A stretch of DNA of 64,000 nucleotides. It comes from an uncultured Halothiobacillus sp. GTDB taxonomy: Bacteria; Pseudomonadota; Gammaproteobacteria; Halothiobacillales; Halothiobacillaceae. The DNA lies in NCBI GenBank assembly GCA_964402435.1, contig CAYOCG010000007.1:543-64542 (forward strand), given 5' to 3'. Of this stretch, positions 1-9,182 are shown piece after piece (positions within the stretch are counted from its first letter, which is position 1; the number at the start of each line of letters is the position of its first letter). A program made the position numbers and the translations under genes. The notes below the pieces were generated by a model. It worked only from the letters and a program-made list of their open reading frames with translations, searched no databases and was not told the DNA's origin.

Positions 1-196
1 GATACCCTTGAATCTCCACGGTGAACTGACGCTTGAGGTTGCCGCCACGATCAAAAAAACTGCCGTAGGCGCGCGTGTGGCCGCTGAAGTAACGCTCCAG
101 ATCAAACTCAGGCTTGCTACCACGAAAATCGTCGATGTTCATGCTGGCACAGCCACTGAGCACCAAGGCCAAGATCAAACCGAGCAGGATGCGCAT
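1..196 (-). CDS. DUF3833-like lipoprotein, 5' part only (gene runs off the window start)
   Basis: Not in the ORF track because no stop lies in the window. Reverse complement from the ATG at 196 reads MRILLGLILALVLSGCASMNIDDFRGSKPEFDLERYFSGHTRAYGSFFDRGGNLKRQFTVEIQGY. This shows a signal peptide plus lipobox LSGC. It overlaps the cfa stop by 22 nt, a position typical of this lipid-modification cluster. Confidence 0.55.
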   Translation of the reverse strand, partial: MRILLGLILALVLSGCASMNIDDFRGSKPEFDLERYFSGHTRAYGSFFDRGGNLKRQFTVEIQGY

Positions 197-1425
197 GAGT
201 TGCCCTCCTCGCGTTCAAGCACGATCTGCATCACATCGATGCGTCGGCTGCGGAAACCGGCCTCGCAATACGCCAGGTAATACGACCACATGCGACAGAA
301 GCGCTCATCAAAGCCTTGCGCGAGTATCGCGTCTTTTTCTGCCTCAAAACGCGCACGCCAATGCGCCAGGGTAGCGGCATAGTCTTCACCGAACAGCAGG
401 CGATCGCGCACCTTGAGGCCGGCACGCGCGGCATGCTCGATGAACACGCGCTCGGTGGGCAACATGCCGCCGGGGAAGATGTAAAGCTGAATGTAATCCG
501 GCTCGCGCAGATAGCCCTCGTAATGCGCCTCGTCGATGACGATCACCTGAATTGCAGCACGCCCGCCGGGTTTGAGGCGATCATGCACCACGCGGAAATA
601 GTCCGCCCAATACGCCTCACCCACCGCCTCGAACATCTCGATGGAGACGATGTGATCGAACTGCCCGTCCTGCTCGCGGTAATCACGCAAGTGCAGATCG
701 ACCCGCGCATTCAACCCTTGCGCCGCCATGCGCGCCCGAGCGAAGGCCAACTGCTCCTGTGAGAGGGTCAAACCGGTCACCGTCGCGCCCTGCCGTGCCG
801 CGTGTTCGGCAAAGCCACCCCAACCGCAGCCGATTTCCAGAATGTTTTGCCCTGCGCGCACCTCAAGCTGATGAAACAGGCGGGCGTATTTCGCCTCTTG
901 CGCTGCCTCAAGGCCGACACCCGCCTGCAAACCCAACGCACTGGAATAGGTCATGCCCGCATCCAGCCACAGCTGATAAAAGTCATTGCCCAAATCGTAA
1001 TGCGCGGCGATATTGCGCCGACTACCGCGCCGCGTGTTCGGCCGTGCACGATGGCGCAGACGATGCACCAGCCGCCCAAGCGTGCTGCTTTGCATGTGTG
1101 CCTCAAAGGCATCAGCATTGTGCGCACCCAACAGCAGCAGGGCAGTGAGATCCGGCGAGGACCAATCCCCCGCGTGATAGCCCTCCGCCAAGCCGATCAG
1201 CCCGCCGCGCAGGATGCGCCACATCAGACGCATCGGCCGATGCAGCCGCCACACGGCATGCTCGCCCGGCTGCTTGCCCGCCACCTGCACGCGGTGACCG
1301 TCGTCAAACTCAAGCGTCAGCCGCCCACATTGCAGCAGACGCAGCGGACGCAGTAGCCAGCGCGCGCCCAGCGGCAACTGGAGCGCGGCAGAAGCATTCA
1401 TGGTGGTGGAGAGTTCGCTGGACAT
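175..1425 (-). CDS. cfa: cyclopropane-fatty-acyl-phospholipid synthase family SAM-dependent methyltransferase
   Basis: 416-aa ORF with SAM-binding motif ILEIGCGWGGFAEHAARQG and a Cfa-type C-terminal region (FDERFCRMWSYYLAYCEAGF). Confidence 0.85.
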   Translation of the reverse strand: MSSELSTTMNASAALQLPLGARWLLRPLRLLQCGRLTLEFDDGHRVQVAGKQPGEHAVWRLHRPMRLMWRILRGGLIGLAEGYHAGDWSSPDLTALLLLGAHNADAFEAHMQSSTLGRLVHRLRHRARPNTRRGSRRNIAAHYDLGNDFYQLWLDAGMTYSSALGLQAGVGLEAAQEAKYARLFHQLEVRAGQNILEIGCGWGGFAEHAARQGATVTGLTLSQEQLAFARARMAAQGLNARVDLHLRDYREQDGQFDHIVSIEMFEAVGEAYWADYFRVVHDRLKPGGRAAIQVIVIDEAHYEGYLREPDYIQLYIFPGGMLPTERVFIEHAARAGLKVRDRLLFGEDYAATLAHWRARFEAEKDAILAQGFDERFCRMWSYYLAYCEAGFRSRRIDVMQIVLEREEGNSCASCSV

Positions 1426-2213
1426 ACGCTCACAGACTCCTTGGGTTTGGGAGGAGAAGGAAACAGACGGCCACCGCGCAGGGCGATTTTCAAAGCCTGC
1501 CAGTGGATCAGCACAATCACTTTCAGGGTGAGGAAGGGCACGGCAAGCACCTGCTTGAGCAGCTCGCGGTCATTTAAAGGCTTGCGCCGCGCCACATGCG
1601 TGGCGAGCAAGACCAAAGGCTCGCCTTCGAGCTCGCGCTCCGTTTCGCGAATCACCACGGCCAGCGTTTCCGCCGGCAGGTTGAAGCGGAAGTGGTAACG
1701 CATCGGCATGTCGATGAACGGCGAGACATGGAACACCTTGTCCGCCTGGGCACGAAACGGCCAGCGCAAGGGGTTGCCGTGGTCATGCAGCAGGTAATGG
1801 TGAAAGCCGCCAAAGGTGTTACTCACCTCACAGAGCACGGCAAACACGCGCCCTTCGAGATCGTGCAGATACCACACGCTCAGCGGATTGAACTGGTAGC
1901 CAAGCACGCGCGGATAGGCATTGAGCAGCACGCGGCCGAGCGGCACCTCCAGGCCGGCGCGTTGCAGCATCTGCGCAAGCCAGGGGCGCCAGGCGCTGCC
2001 ATCGCGCGCCGCATGATCCTTGTCATGCACACTGAGCAGATTGAAACGGTTGTGCGACAGCCAACGCAGCCGCGGAAACCCCGCCTCCACATCCTCCAGA
2101 TCAAGCAGCAGGCTGAACACGCGGTAGGTGAAACGGTAGCACTGCGGTTTGAAGCGCTGGTGCATCACCTCACCGACATACAGTGCCGATGTGCCGCTCA
2201 TGCGGCCTCCCAC
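1398..2213 (-). CDS. DUF1365 family protein
   Basis: 271 aa. The N-terminus YVGEVMHQRFKPQCYRFTYRVFSLLLDLED is the DUF1365 signature. Overlaps both flanking genes, indicating an operon. Confidence 0.8.
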   Translation of the reverse strand: MGGRMSGTSALYVGEVMHQRFKPQCYRFTYRVFSLLLDLEDVEAGFPRLRWLSHNRFNLLSVHDKDHAARDGSAWRPWLAQMLQRAGLEVPLGRVLLNAYPRVLGYQFNPLSVWYLHDLEGRVFAVLCEVSNTFGGFHHYLLHDHGNPLRWPFRAQADKVFHVSPFIDMPMRYHFRFNLPAETLAVVIRETERELEGEPLVLLATHVARRKPLNDRELLKQVLAVPFLTLKVIVLIHWQALKIALRGGRLFPSPPKPKESVSVCPANSPPP

Positions 2214-3466
2214 GGCGGACGGATGCCGAACTGCGCCGCCACCTCCACCGCCGAGCGCAACGCATCCTCATGAAAACCGTAACCGAAATAACTGCCGCAG
2301 AAATACGTTTGCCGTTGCCCTTGCAGGCTAAACAAGCGCTGCTGCGCCTGCATGGCGGCCTGATCGAACACCGGATGGTGGTAGGTGTAATGACCATGCA
2401 CCTTGTCCGCAGCGGGTGGCAGCGGCGGGTTGAGGGTGACAAACAGGGGCGAAGTCCGCGGCAAGCCTTGCAGGCGATTCATCCAGTAACTCACCGCCAC
2501 ATGCCGTGTGGCGTTGTCCGCGCTCCAGCCAAGGTAATTCCACGATGCCCACACCTTGCGGCTGCGGGGCATCAGCGTCGCGTCGCTGTGCAACCAAGTG
2601 CTGTTCGCCTGATAAGCAAACGCGCCGAGCAGCTCGCGCTCCAGGCTGCTTGCGTCCTGCAACATGACCAAGGATTGATCGGCATGCGCGGCCAGCACCA
2701 CGGCATCAAAACCTTCGCCATCCACCCTCACCCCATCCGCCTCACGCACCACCGTACGCACAGGATGATTCAGGCGCAACTCAAAGCGCTGCTCGGCCAC
2801 AAGACGCTGCACATACTCCCGACTGCCGCCGACCACGGTGCGCCACAATGGGCGACTCACCACCTGCAGCAGGCCGTGGTTGGCAAAAAAGCGCGCAAAG
2901 CTGATGAACGGAAAGCGCAACATCGTGTCCGTGGGGCATGACCAGATTGCCGCCGCCATCGGCAGCAGGTAATGCTCGCGAAAGGCATCGCCCAAACGCT
3001 GCGCCACAAGAAATTCGCCCAGGGTCTGCACATTCGGCGCCCCGTCCAGCGCGCGCTGCGCCAGACGATTGAAGCGCAGAATGTCACGCACCATGCCAAG
3101 AAACGCAGGTTTGAACAGGTTGCCGCGCTGGGCAAACAGCGTATCGAGGTTATCCCCGGCATATTCGATCACCCCATGATCGATGGAGGCAGAAAAGCTC
3201 ATATCGCCATCGCGCGTGGGCACGCCCAGATGGCGGAACAGCGCAGTCAACAACGGATAGTTGCGCGTGTTGTAAACAATGAAGCCCGTATCCACCGGCA
3301 GAACGCCATCTTGCGTGGTCACATCCACGGTGTGCGTGTGTCCGCCGGGGTAGTCATTGGCCTCGAACAACACCACGCGATGCCGCCGACCCAGCAGCCA
3401 GGCGGCAGCCAGGCCGGCAATGCCGCCACCGACCACGGCGATGCGCTTGGACGCAGTGTTGTTCAT
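2198..3466 (-). CDS. NAD(P)/FAD-dependent oxidoreductase (amine-oxidase/desaturase-like)
   Basis: 422 aa with N-terminal dinucleotide fold KRIAVVGGGIAGLAAAWLL...FEANDYPGGHT. First gene of the oxidoreductase-DUF1365-cfa operon. Confidence 0.8.
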   Translation of the reverse strand: MNNTASKRIAVVGGGIAGLAAAWLLGRRHRVVLFEANDYPGGHTHTVDVTTQDGVLPVDTGFIVYNTRNYPLLTALFRHLGVPTRDGDMSFSASIDHGVIEYAGDNLDTLFAQRGNLFKPAFLGMVRDILRFNRLAQRALDGAPNVQTLGEFLVAQRLGDAFREHYLLPMAAAIWSCPTDTMLRFPFISFARFFANHGLLQVVSRPLWRTVVGGSREYVQRLVAEQRFELRLNHPVRTVVREADGVRVDGEGFDAVVLAAHADQSLVMLQDASSLERELLGAFAYQANSTWLHSDATLMPRSRKVWASWNYLGWSADNATRHVAVSYWMNRLQGLPRTSPLFVTLNPPLPPAADKVHGHYTYHHPVFDQAAMQAQQRLFSLQGQRQTYFCGSYFGYGFHEDALRSAVEVAAQFGIRPPWEAA

Positions 3467-3610
3467 GGTGCATACCCGTTAAAATCATGTACAACATTTA
3501 TACATCAGCATGAGCAGCACCGCTACCCCATGCGTTGAAAATCCAGATAAAACCGCATGTTTTGTCAGGATGACTACCGGATTAGCATATGCAAACCATA
3601 TACAAAATGA

Positions 3611-4375
3611 GTGAAAGCCATGCGCTTTGAACGCTTTATCGGCGTGGACTACTCCGGCGCGAACGAACCGCTCACGCCGCTTTCTGGCCTAAGGGTGTTT
3701 GCGGGAAGCGCGCGGCAGATGCCACAGGAAATCCTGCCTGAGGAAAAGCGCATGCATTGGTCGCGCGCCACCTTGTACCAGTGGCTACGCGAGCAACTGT
3801 GCGCGGACACCCCCACCCTGATCGGTCTCGACCACGGCTTTTCCTTCCCAAAGCTGTTTTTCTTACGTCACCAGCTTGAGCACTGGGATGCTTTTTTGCG
3901 TTTTTTCGTGCTCAAGATGCCCAGCCATGAGCTGAGCGTGGAGGCATTACGCCAGCAGCATCGCTTGTTGCTTGCACCCACCGCCCCGCTGCGCCTGTGC
4001 GAGATGTGGACCGCCGGCGCGAAAAGCGTGTTTCAATTCGACATGCAGGGCAGCGTGGCCAAATCGACCTATGCCGGGCTGCCTTGGCTGCACAAGCTGC
4101 GTGCGGAGTTTGGTGCGCGATTGTTCTTTTGGCCGTTTGATGGCTGGCAACCGCCCAGTGGCGTGCATGTGATCTGCGAGGCATATCCCGCACTGTACAA
4201 ACGGCGTTATCGCCGCGGCGACATGAAGCTGGACGCCTTCGATGCCTTTGCCATCGCACGCTGGATGCAAGACATGCAGCAGCGCGAGGTGCTGCACGCC
4301 TACTTTCAGCCGCCGCTGAATGCGGAGGAGCGCGCCCTTGCCGCGCTGGAGGGCTGGATTCTTGGTGTGCGTTGA
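3611..4375 (+). CDS. conserved hypothetical protein (family not recognised with certainty)
   Basis: 254-aa ORF with GTG at 3611 or ATG at 3620. Coding-like composition, N-terminal FIGVDYSGA and C-terminal EGWILG. Possibly a DUF429/RNase-H-like fold, but this is a guess. Confidence 0.5.
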   Translation: MKAMRFERFIGVDYSGANEPLTPLSGLRVFAGSARQMPQEILPEEKRMHWSRATLYQWLREQLCADTPTLIGLDHGFSFPKLFFLRHQLEHWDAFLRFFVLKMPSHELSVEALRQQHRLLLAPTAPLRLCEMWTAGAKSVFQFDMQGSVAKSTYAGLPWLHKLRAEFGARLFFWPFDGWQPPSGVHVICEAYPALYKRRYRRGDMKLDAFDAFAIARWMQDMQQREVLHAYFQPPLNAEERALAALEGWILGVR

Positions 4376-4414
4376 TCGAAGATGCGTGGCATGACGTCGT
4401 GCGGAGAAGCAGGC

Positions 4415-5032
4415 ATGCACCACCTCAGAAGATCACTGCGCCTCATCCCGTTTTTCGCTGCGTTGTTACTCACTGCCTGCGCCACCTCTGGCTACAACGT
4501 GTGGGTGGACAGCAGTCCGCAACTTGGCGGCACCGCTTATCAAACCTTTGCCTTCGCCCAGCCGCTGGGCACCGATGGCGACGGCTACCAGAGCATCCTC
4601 TCCCAGCGTCTGATGGCGGCCACCCAGCGCGCCTTGGAGGCGCGCGGCCTGCGCCGCGTGGACAACCAGCCGCAGTTGATGGTGAATTTTCACATCCTCT
4701 GGGTCGAGCGCAGTTATGTCACGCCCTACGTTTACCCCATGGTTGGCTACGGCTGGGGACGCGGCTATTACGGCAGCCGCTTCGGTTTTTACAGCAGTTG
4801 GCCGTTTTATCCTTCCTACGGTGCTGTCAACACCACGCTTGAAGGCACACTGCGCATCGACATCAACGATGAGCGCACACGGCAGCGTGTTTGGGTGGCG
4901 TTGATCGACGACTTTGCCTCCAGCCCGGACACGATCTATCCACCGGGCAGCGTGGAAAACGCGATCAACGCCGCGTTTGAGAAATTCCCGCTGCCCGTGA
5001 AACCCTCGCCTCAACCGCCCGCGGCGAGGTAA
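4415..5032 (+). CDS. DUF4136-like lipoprotein
   Basis: Start taken at MHHLRRSLRLIPFFAALLLTAC (lipobox LLTAC). The C-terminal EGTLRIDINDERTRQRVWVA resembles DUF4136. Confidence 0.6.
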   Translation: MHHLRRSLRLIPFFAALLLTACATSGYNVWVDSSPQLGGTAYQTFAFAQPLGTDGDGYQSILSQRLMAATQRALEARGLRRVDNQPQLMVNFHILWVERSYVTPYVYPMVGYGWGRGYYGSRFGFYSSWPFYPSYGAVNTTLEGTLRIDINDERTRQRVWVALIDDFASSPDTIYPPGSVENAINAAFEKFPLPVKPSPQPPAAR

Positions 5033-5877
5033 TGCGGTGCGACATCTTCCAACGCCGTCGGCTGACGCGCGCAGCCGGTTGGACAGACGCTGTCCACACG
5101 CATCGAGGCAAGGTTATCGCGGGTCAATGGCGGGTTGGGCAAGAGCTCGAACGCGCGCGCCGCAAGCTGCGCCATGAGCGCCGGCATGGGCAGAATCAAG
5201 CGCGGCTGCCCACTCCATTGAGCCGTCAGGCGCACCAACTCCAGCAGGCTGTAATCGCGTGGGCCACACAAGTCCAGCCGCTGCCCGGATTCGCCCTCCA
5301 GTGCCGCGACAAATGCCTGCGCCACATCGCCCACATACACCGGCGCAAAGCGCGCCGTCGCGCCCGGCAGCAACATCACCCCGGGCGACCATTTGAGCAA
5401 AGCCGCAAAGCGATTGATGAACGAATCCTGCGCGCCAAAAATCACCGAAGGGCGAAAGCTCACCACATGCAAACCCTGCTGGGCACAGGCATGCACCGCG
5501 TTCTCGCCGCGCCCCTTGCTTTGCAGGTAAAGACTCGGCGCATCCTCGGCGGCATGCAGTGCGCTCATATGCAGCAGGCGCGGCACACCGTTATCTATGC
5601 ACATATGTGCGATCCGCTCGGGTAGTTCGCTATGCACCTTGGCAAAACGTGCGGCATCACCGTGCAAAATACCGATCAGATTGATCGCCACATCCTGCCC
5701 TTGCAGCGCCGTGCGCAAGGTGGCGCCATCCTCCACCGCGCCGACCTGCACCTCGACCCCACGCCACTCACCTTGCGGCCGACGGCTGACCACGCGCACG
5801 GCATGCCCCGCCGCCAAAAGCTTTGCCACCAGTTCCCGCCCAACAAAGCCGCTGCCGCCAAATACTGTGATCTTCAT
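5011..5877 (-). CDS. NAD(P)H-binding SDR, complex I NDUFA9-like/epimerase family
   Basis: MKITVFGGSGFVGRELVAKLLAAGHAV Rossmann motif. Start set at the MKI codon, with a GGAGAA RBS upstream. Confidence 0.75.
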   Translation of the reverse strand: MKITVFGGSGFVGRELVAKLLAAGHAVRVVSRRPQGEWRGVEVQVGAVEDGATLRTALQGQDVAINLIGILHGDAARFAKVHSELPERIAHMCIDNGVPRLLHMSALHAAEDAPSLYLQSKGRGENAVHACAQQGLHVVSFRPSVIFGAQDSFINRFAALLKWSPGVMLLPGATARFAPVYVGDVAQAFVAALEGESGQRLDLCGPRDYSLLELVRLTAQWSGQPRLILPMPALMAQLAARAFELLPNPPLTRDNLASMRVDSVCPTGCARQPTALEDVAPHYLAAGG

Positions 5878-5895
5878 GCGCGTTCTCCTGATGAA

Positions 5896-6053
5896 CACCT
5901 CGAAAAACCTACTTCGCGAACGGATTGCTGCGTCGCGTCCTAACGCGAAGCTGGCGCAAGCCCGCTCACCTCTCGCCTATCACTTGATATGTCTCGGGGA
6001 TTCGCTGTGGGGCTCCTTGCACTCCGCCCGCTCGTGACGGTTTTTCGAGGCGT
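5896..6053 (-). repeat. Family-1 MITE-like palindromic-ended element, copy A (about 158 bp)
   Basis: Ends CACCTCGAAAAACC...GGTTTTTCGAGGCG form terminal inverted repeats. The reverse complement aligns almost base-for-base with 29664..29823 and with 63879..64000. Confidence 0.8.
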
Positions 6054-6128
6054 CCTAGTGTGAGTCTGTTGTAGCTGTTTTGTATAACTCTAGTACAATT
6101 CAACTCAAACTGCCGCAACAGGAGCACG

Positions 6129-6944
6129 ATGATGAAACTGCCCAGCCTGACTGCCCTCCTACTCAGCACCACGGGCCTGGCACAGGCCGCCTCGGTGCCC
6201 CTGCCGCCGCCCGCCGAGCGCACAGGGTGGAATGTCAGCCTCGGCGCGGCGGCCGTGGTGTCGCCACTCTACTCCGGCGACGACCAATACGCCCTGTCCA
6301 TCGTGCCCGATCTGCGCGTGCGCTATGGCGAAAGTTTCTTTGCCTCCATCCCTGAAGGTGTGGGCTACAACTTCACCCCTGCCGCACACTGGAAACTCGG
6401 CCCGTTGGTCAAGCTGCGCTTTGGCCGCAAGGAAAATGACGGCGGCACGGTGTTCCGTGTGGCGGGCAAAACCAATGACCTAAACGGCATGGGCGACATC
6501 GACCCGGCACTGGAATGGGGCGGCTTTGTGCAATACAACCTCGACCCGTGGAGCACGCGCCTGGAATTGCGCTATGGCACCGGCGGTTACTCCGGAGCCA
6601 TCGCCGATGTGAACGTCAACTTCAATCAGCGACTCGATGGCGGCACACGCTTGGCCATCGGCCCGCGCATGACATGGGCGGCGTCCGATTTCATGCAAAC
6701 CTATTACGGCGTCACCCCCAGCCAGTCGGCGGCCAGCGGCTTACCCATCTACGAGGCGCAAGGCGGGCTGGTGTCACTCGGCATCGGCGGCAGCATGATC
6801 ATGCCGCTGGATCGCAACTGGAGTGTCAGCGTGTTTGCAGGCTATGACCGCCTGATGCAGGACGCGGCCGACTCGCCGCTGGTGCAGCAACGCGGCAACC
6901 CCAATCAGTTCAGTGTGATAGGCGCACTGGGCTACCGTTTTTAA
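6129..6944 (+). CDS. mipA: MipA/OmpV family outer-membrane protein
   Basis: 271 aa with a signal peptide, beta-barrel-like alternating pattern and a C-terminal GALGYRF ending in Phe. Confidence 0.75.
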   Translation: MMKLPSLTALLLSTTGLAQAASVPLPPPAERTGWNVSLGAAAVVSPLYSGDDQYALSIVPDLRVRYGESFFASIPEGVGYNFTPAAHWKLGPLVKLRFGRKENDGGTVFRVAGKTNDLNGMGDIDPALEWGGFVQYNLDPWSTRLELRYGTGGYSGAIADVNVNFNQRLDGGTRLAIGPRMTWAASDFMQTYYGVTPSQSAASGLPIYEAQGGLVSLGIGGSMIMPLDRNWSVSVFAGYDRLMQDAADSPLVQQRGNPNQFSVIGALGYRF

Positions 6945-6960
6945 CGGGCACCTGGAAAAG

Positions 6961-7075
6961 CCTCAAAGCCCCCTGCTCGGGTTTGTGCTGGCTGAATCTA
7001 TCGAAAAATTCGATCAATCAGGCCGTTTTTTGCCCTCAATTGATCGAATTTTTCGATCAATCGCACAAAATTCCA
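6961..7075 (-). repeat. Family-2 AT-rich nested-palindrome element, copy 1
   Basis: Perfect 19-bp inverted repeat: ATCGAAAAATTCGATCAAT (7000..7018) and ATTGATCGAATTTTTCGAT (7039..7057), separated by 20 bp. Flank AAAGCCCCCTGCTCG is homologous, in inverted orientation, to the copies at 31673 and 54221. Confidence 0.75.
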
Positions 7076-7132
7076 TCAAGCAGGGGCGAGTGACGTACAA
7101 TGCGCCCACCGTGCCACGCTGCACGGCGTATG

Positions 7133-7305
7133 CAGCTTCAGGTGTCCGTCTGCATCAGACGGGTGAAACGGGAAACAGGTGCAAAACCTGTGCTGCCCCC
7201 GCAACGGTAAGTGCCTCCAGGCGTTCTTCATCACCACTGCCCCCACGAGGCGGGGCGGGAAGGCAAGAACCGCCGCATGCACCAGCCCGGAGACCGGCCT
7301 GAAGC
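7133..7305 (+). promoter_or_regulatory. cobalamin (B12) riboswitch
   Basis: Conserved core GGTGAAACGGGAAACAGGTGCAAAACCTGTGCTGCCCCCGCAACGGTAA and B12 box AGCCCGGAGACCGGCC. P1 pairing GCTTCAGG/CCTGAAGC. Lies directly upstream of btuB. Confidence 0.85.
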
Positions 7306-7358
7306 CTCATTCACCCGACGTGCGGGGCGCGCGTCGCTTGATGCAGGTTGTTGATTGC

Positions 7359-9182
7359 ATGAAAAAACTCGCTCTCTGCGCGGCCATGTCCGCCGCCATG
7401 TCGCCGTTTTCCTTCGTTTTGGCCGACACGCTCGATCACGTGGTGGTCACCGCCACGCGCACGGCACAAACGCTCGATGACACTCTGGTCGATACCACAC
7501 TCATCACCCGCCAGGAGATCGAGCGCAGCCAGGCGCGTGATCTGATGGATCTGATGCAAGGCTTGCCCGGCATCAGCTTTGCCAATGCCGGCGGCCCCGG
7601 CAAGGTCACCTCCATGTTCCTGCGCGGCAGCAACAGCGAGCACGTGCTGGTGCTGGTCGATGGCGTGCGCATGGGTTCGGCCACGCTGGGCAGCTTTGCC
7701 TGGGAACAACTCCCGCTGGCACAAATCGAGCGCATCGAAATCACCCGCGGCCCGGCCTCCAGCCTGTACGGCGCAGACGCGGTGGGCGGCGTGGTGCAGA
7801 TTTTCACCCGCAAGGGCACGCGCGACGGCGTAGCCAGCCGCGCCACGCTCGGCGGCGGCAGCTACAACAGCTTCAATGGCAGCGCCGGTCTTTCTGGCGG
7901 CAATGGCCAGTTTTGGGGCTCGGGCGAGTTTGCTTTCGATACCACCGACGGGTTCAATGCCTACAAAGGCTCCAGCGTCTTTCAGCCGTATGAAGGTGAC
8001 AAGGACGGCTACCGCAATACCTCAGGCAGTCTGCGCGCCGGCATGAAGCTGGGCGAGATGGGCGAAGCCGGCGTGAACTGGCTACGCGCCAAGGGCAAGA
8101 ACGATTTCGACGGCAGCTTCGTCAATCAGGCCGACACGGTGCAAGAGGTGCTGGCCACCAACGTCAACCTCAAGGCCAGCCCCAGTTTCAACCTGCTGTT
8201 CAACGCCGGACAAAGCAAGGATCAAGCCGACAACAGCCTCCATGGCGTGTTCAAAACCCGCTTCGACACCACGCGCGACAATGCCTCCGTGCTCGGCAGC
8301 CTGACCTTGGGTGCCGGCCAGAGTTTGACCGTGGGACTGGACTACCTGAAAGACAAGGTGGACAGCACCACCGCCTACACGGTGCAAAGCCGCGACAATA
8401 CCGGCGTGTTTGCCGAATACCTCGCGCGCATGGGCAGCTTTGACCTGCAAGCCTCGCTCCGCAACGACAATAACCAGCAATACGGCAACCATGCCACCTG
8501 GACCGCCGGCGCGGGCTACCGCTTCAGCCCGGCGCTGCGCGCCGTCGCCTTAGCCGGCACGGCGTTCAAGGCGCCCAATTTCAACCAGCTCTACTTCCCG
8601 GGCTTTGGCAACCCCAACCTCCAGCCGGAAGAATCGGCCTCGCTGGAATTTGGCCTCAACGGCACGGTGAGCGGCCTGCGCTGGAACACGCGCCTGTTCC
8701 AGAACGACATCGACCACATCATCGTCACCGCGCGCCAACCCAACGGCACCTACCTGCCGAGCAACCTCAACGAAGCACGCATTCGTGGCGTGGAGGCCAG
8801 CCTGGCCACACGCATCGACACCCTGGATCTGAACGCAAGCTACACCTGGCTCGACCCGATCCAGATCGGCGGCAGCAACGATGGCAAGCTGCTGCCACGC
8901 CGTGCGCAAAACGTGTTGCGTCTGGATGCGGATCAATCACTCGGCAGTGCATGGCGTGTTGGCGCGACGCTGAATGCGGTCAGCGGACGCTATGAAGACG
9001 TGGCCAACACGCAGCGTATGGGCGGTTACACCACGGTCGATCTGCGCGGCGAATACCTCATCAACGCGGCCTGGCGGCTGCAGGCGCGCGTGGTCAACCT
9101 GTTGGACAAAGACTACGAAACCGCTTGGCAGTACGCGCAAACCGGACGCGCGTTCTACCTCAACCTGCGCTTTGATCAATGA
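7359..9182 (+). CDS. btuB: TonB-dependent vitamin B12 receptor
   Basis: Signal peptide MKKLALCAAMSAAMS, TonB box DHVVVTATR, plug domain, and a beta-barrel ending AFYLNLRFDQ. Preceded by the B12 riboswitch. Confidence 0.85.
   Translation: MKKLALCAAMSAAMSPFSFVLADTLDHVVVTATRTAQTLDDTLVDTTLITRQEIERSQARDLMDLMQGLPGISFANAGGPGKVTSMFLRGSNSEHVLVLVDGVRMGSATLGSFAWEQLPLAQIERIEITRGPASSLYGADAVGGVVQIFTRKGTRDGVASRATLGGGSYNSFNGSAGLSGGNGQFWGSGEFAFDTTDGFNAYKGSSVFQPYEGDKDGYRNTSGSLRAGMKLGEMGEAGVNWLRAKGKNDFDGSFVNQADTVQEVLATNVNLKASPSFNLLFNAGQSKDQADNSLHGVFKTRFDTTRDNASVLGSLTLGAGQSLTVGLDYLKDKVDSTTAYTVQSRDNTGVFAEYLARMGSFDLQASLRNDNNQQYGNHATWTAGAGYRFSPALRAVALAGTAFKAPNFNQLYFPGFGNPNLQPEESASLEFGLNGTVSGLRWNTRLFQNDIDHIIVTARQPNGTYLPSNLNEARIRGVEASLATRIDTLDLNASYTWLDPIQIGGSNDGKLLPRRAQNVLRLDADQSLGSAWRVGATLNAVSGRYEDVANTQRMGGYTTVDLRGEYLINAAWRLQARVVNLLDKDYETAWQYAQTGRAFYLNLRFDQ

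Noticed and set aside
8-374. Small plus-strand ORFs at the window start (8..280, 114..374)
   Set aside because: They are antisense to the DUF3833-like and cfa genes, which have recognisable features. No motifs.
7179-7358. N-terminal 60-codon extension of the btuB ORF
   Set aside because: The extension runs through the cobalamin riboswitch and has no signal peptide. The Met at 7359 begins a canonical signal peptide.
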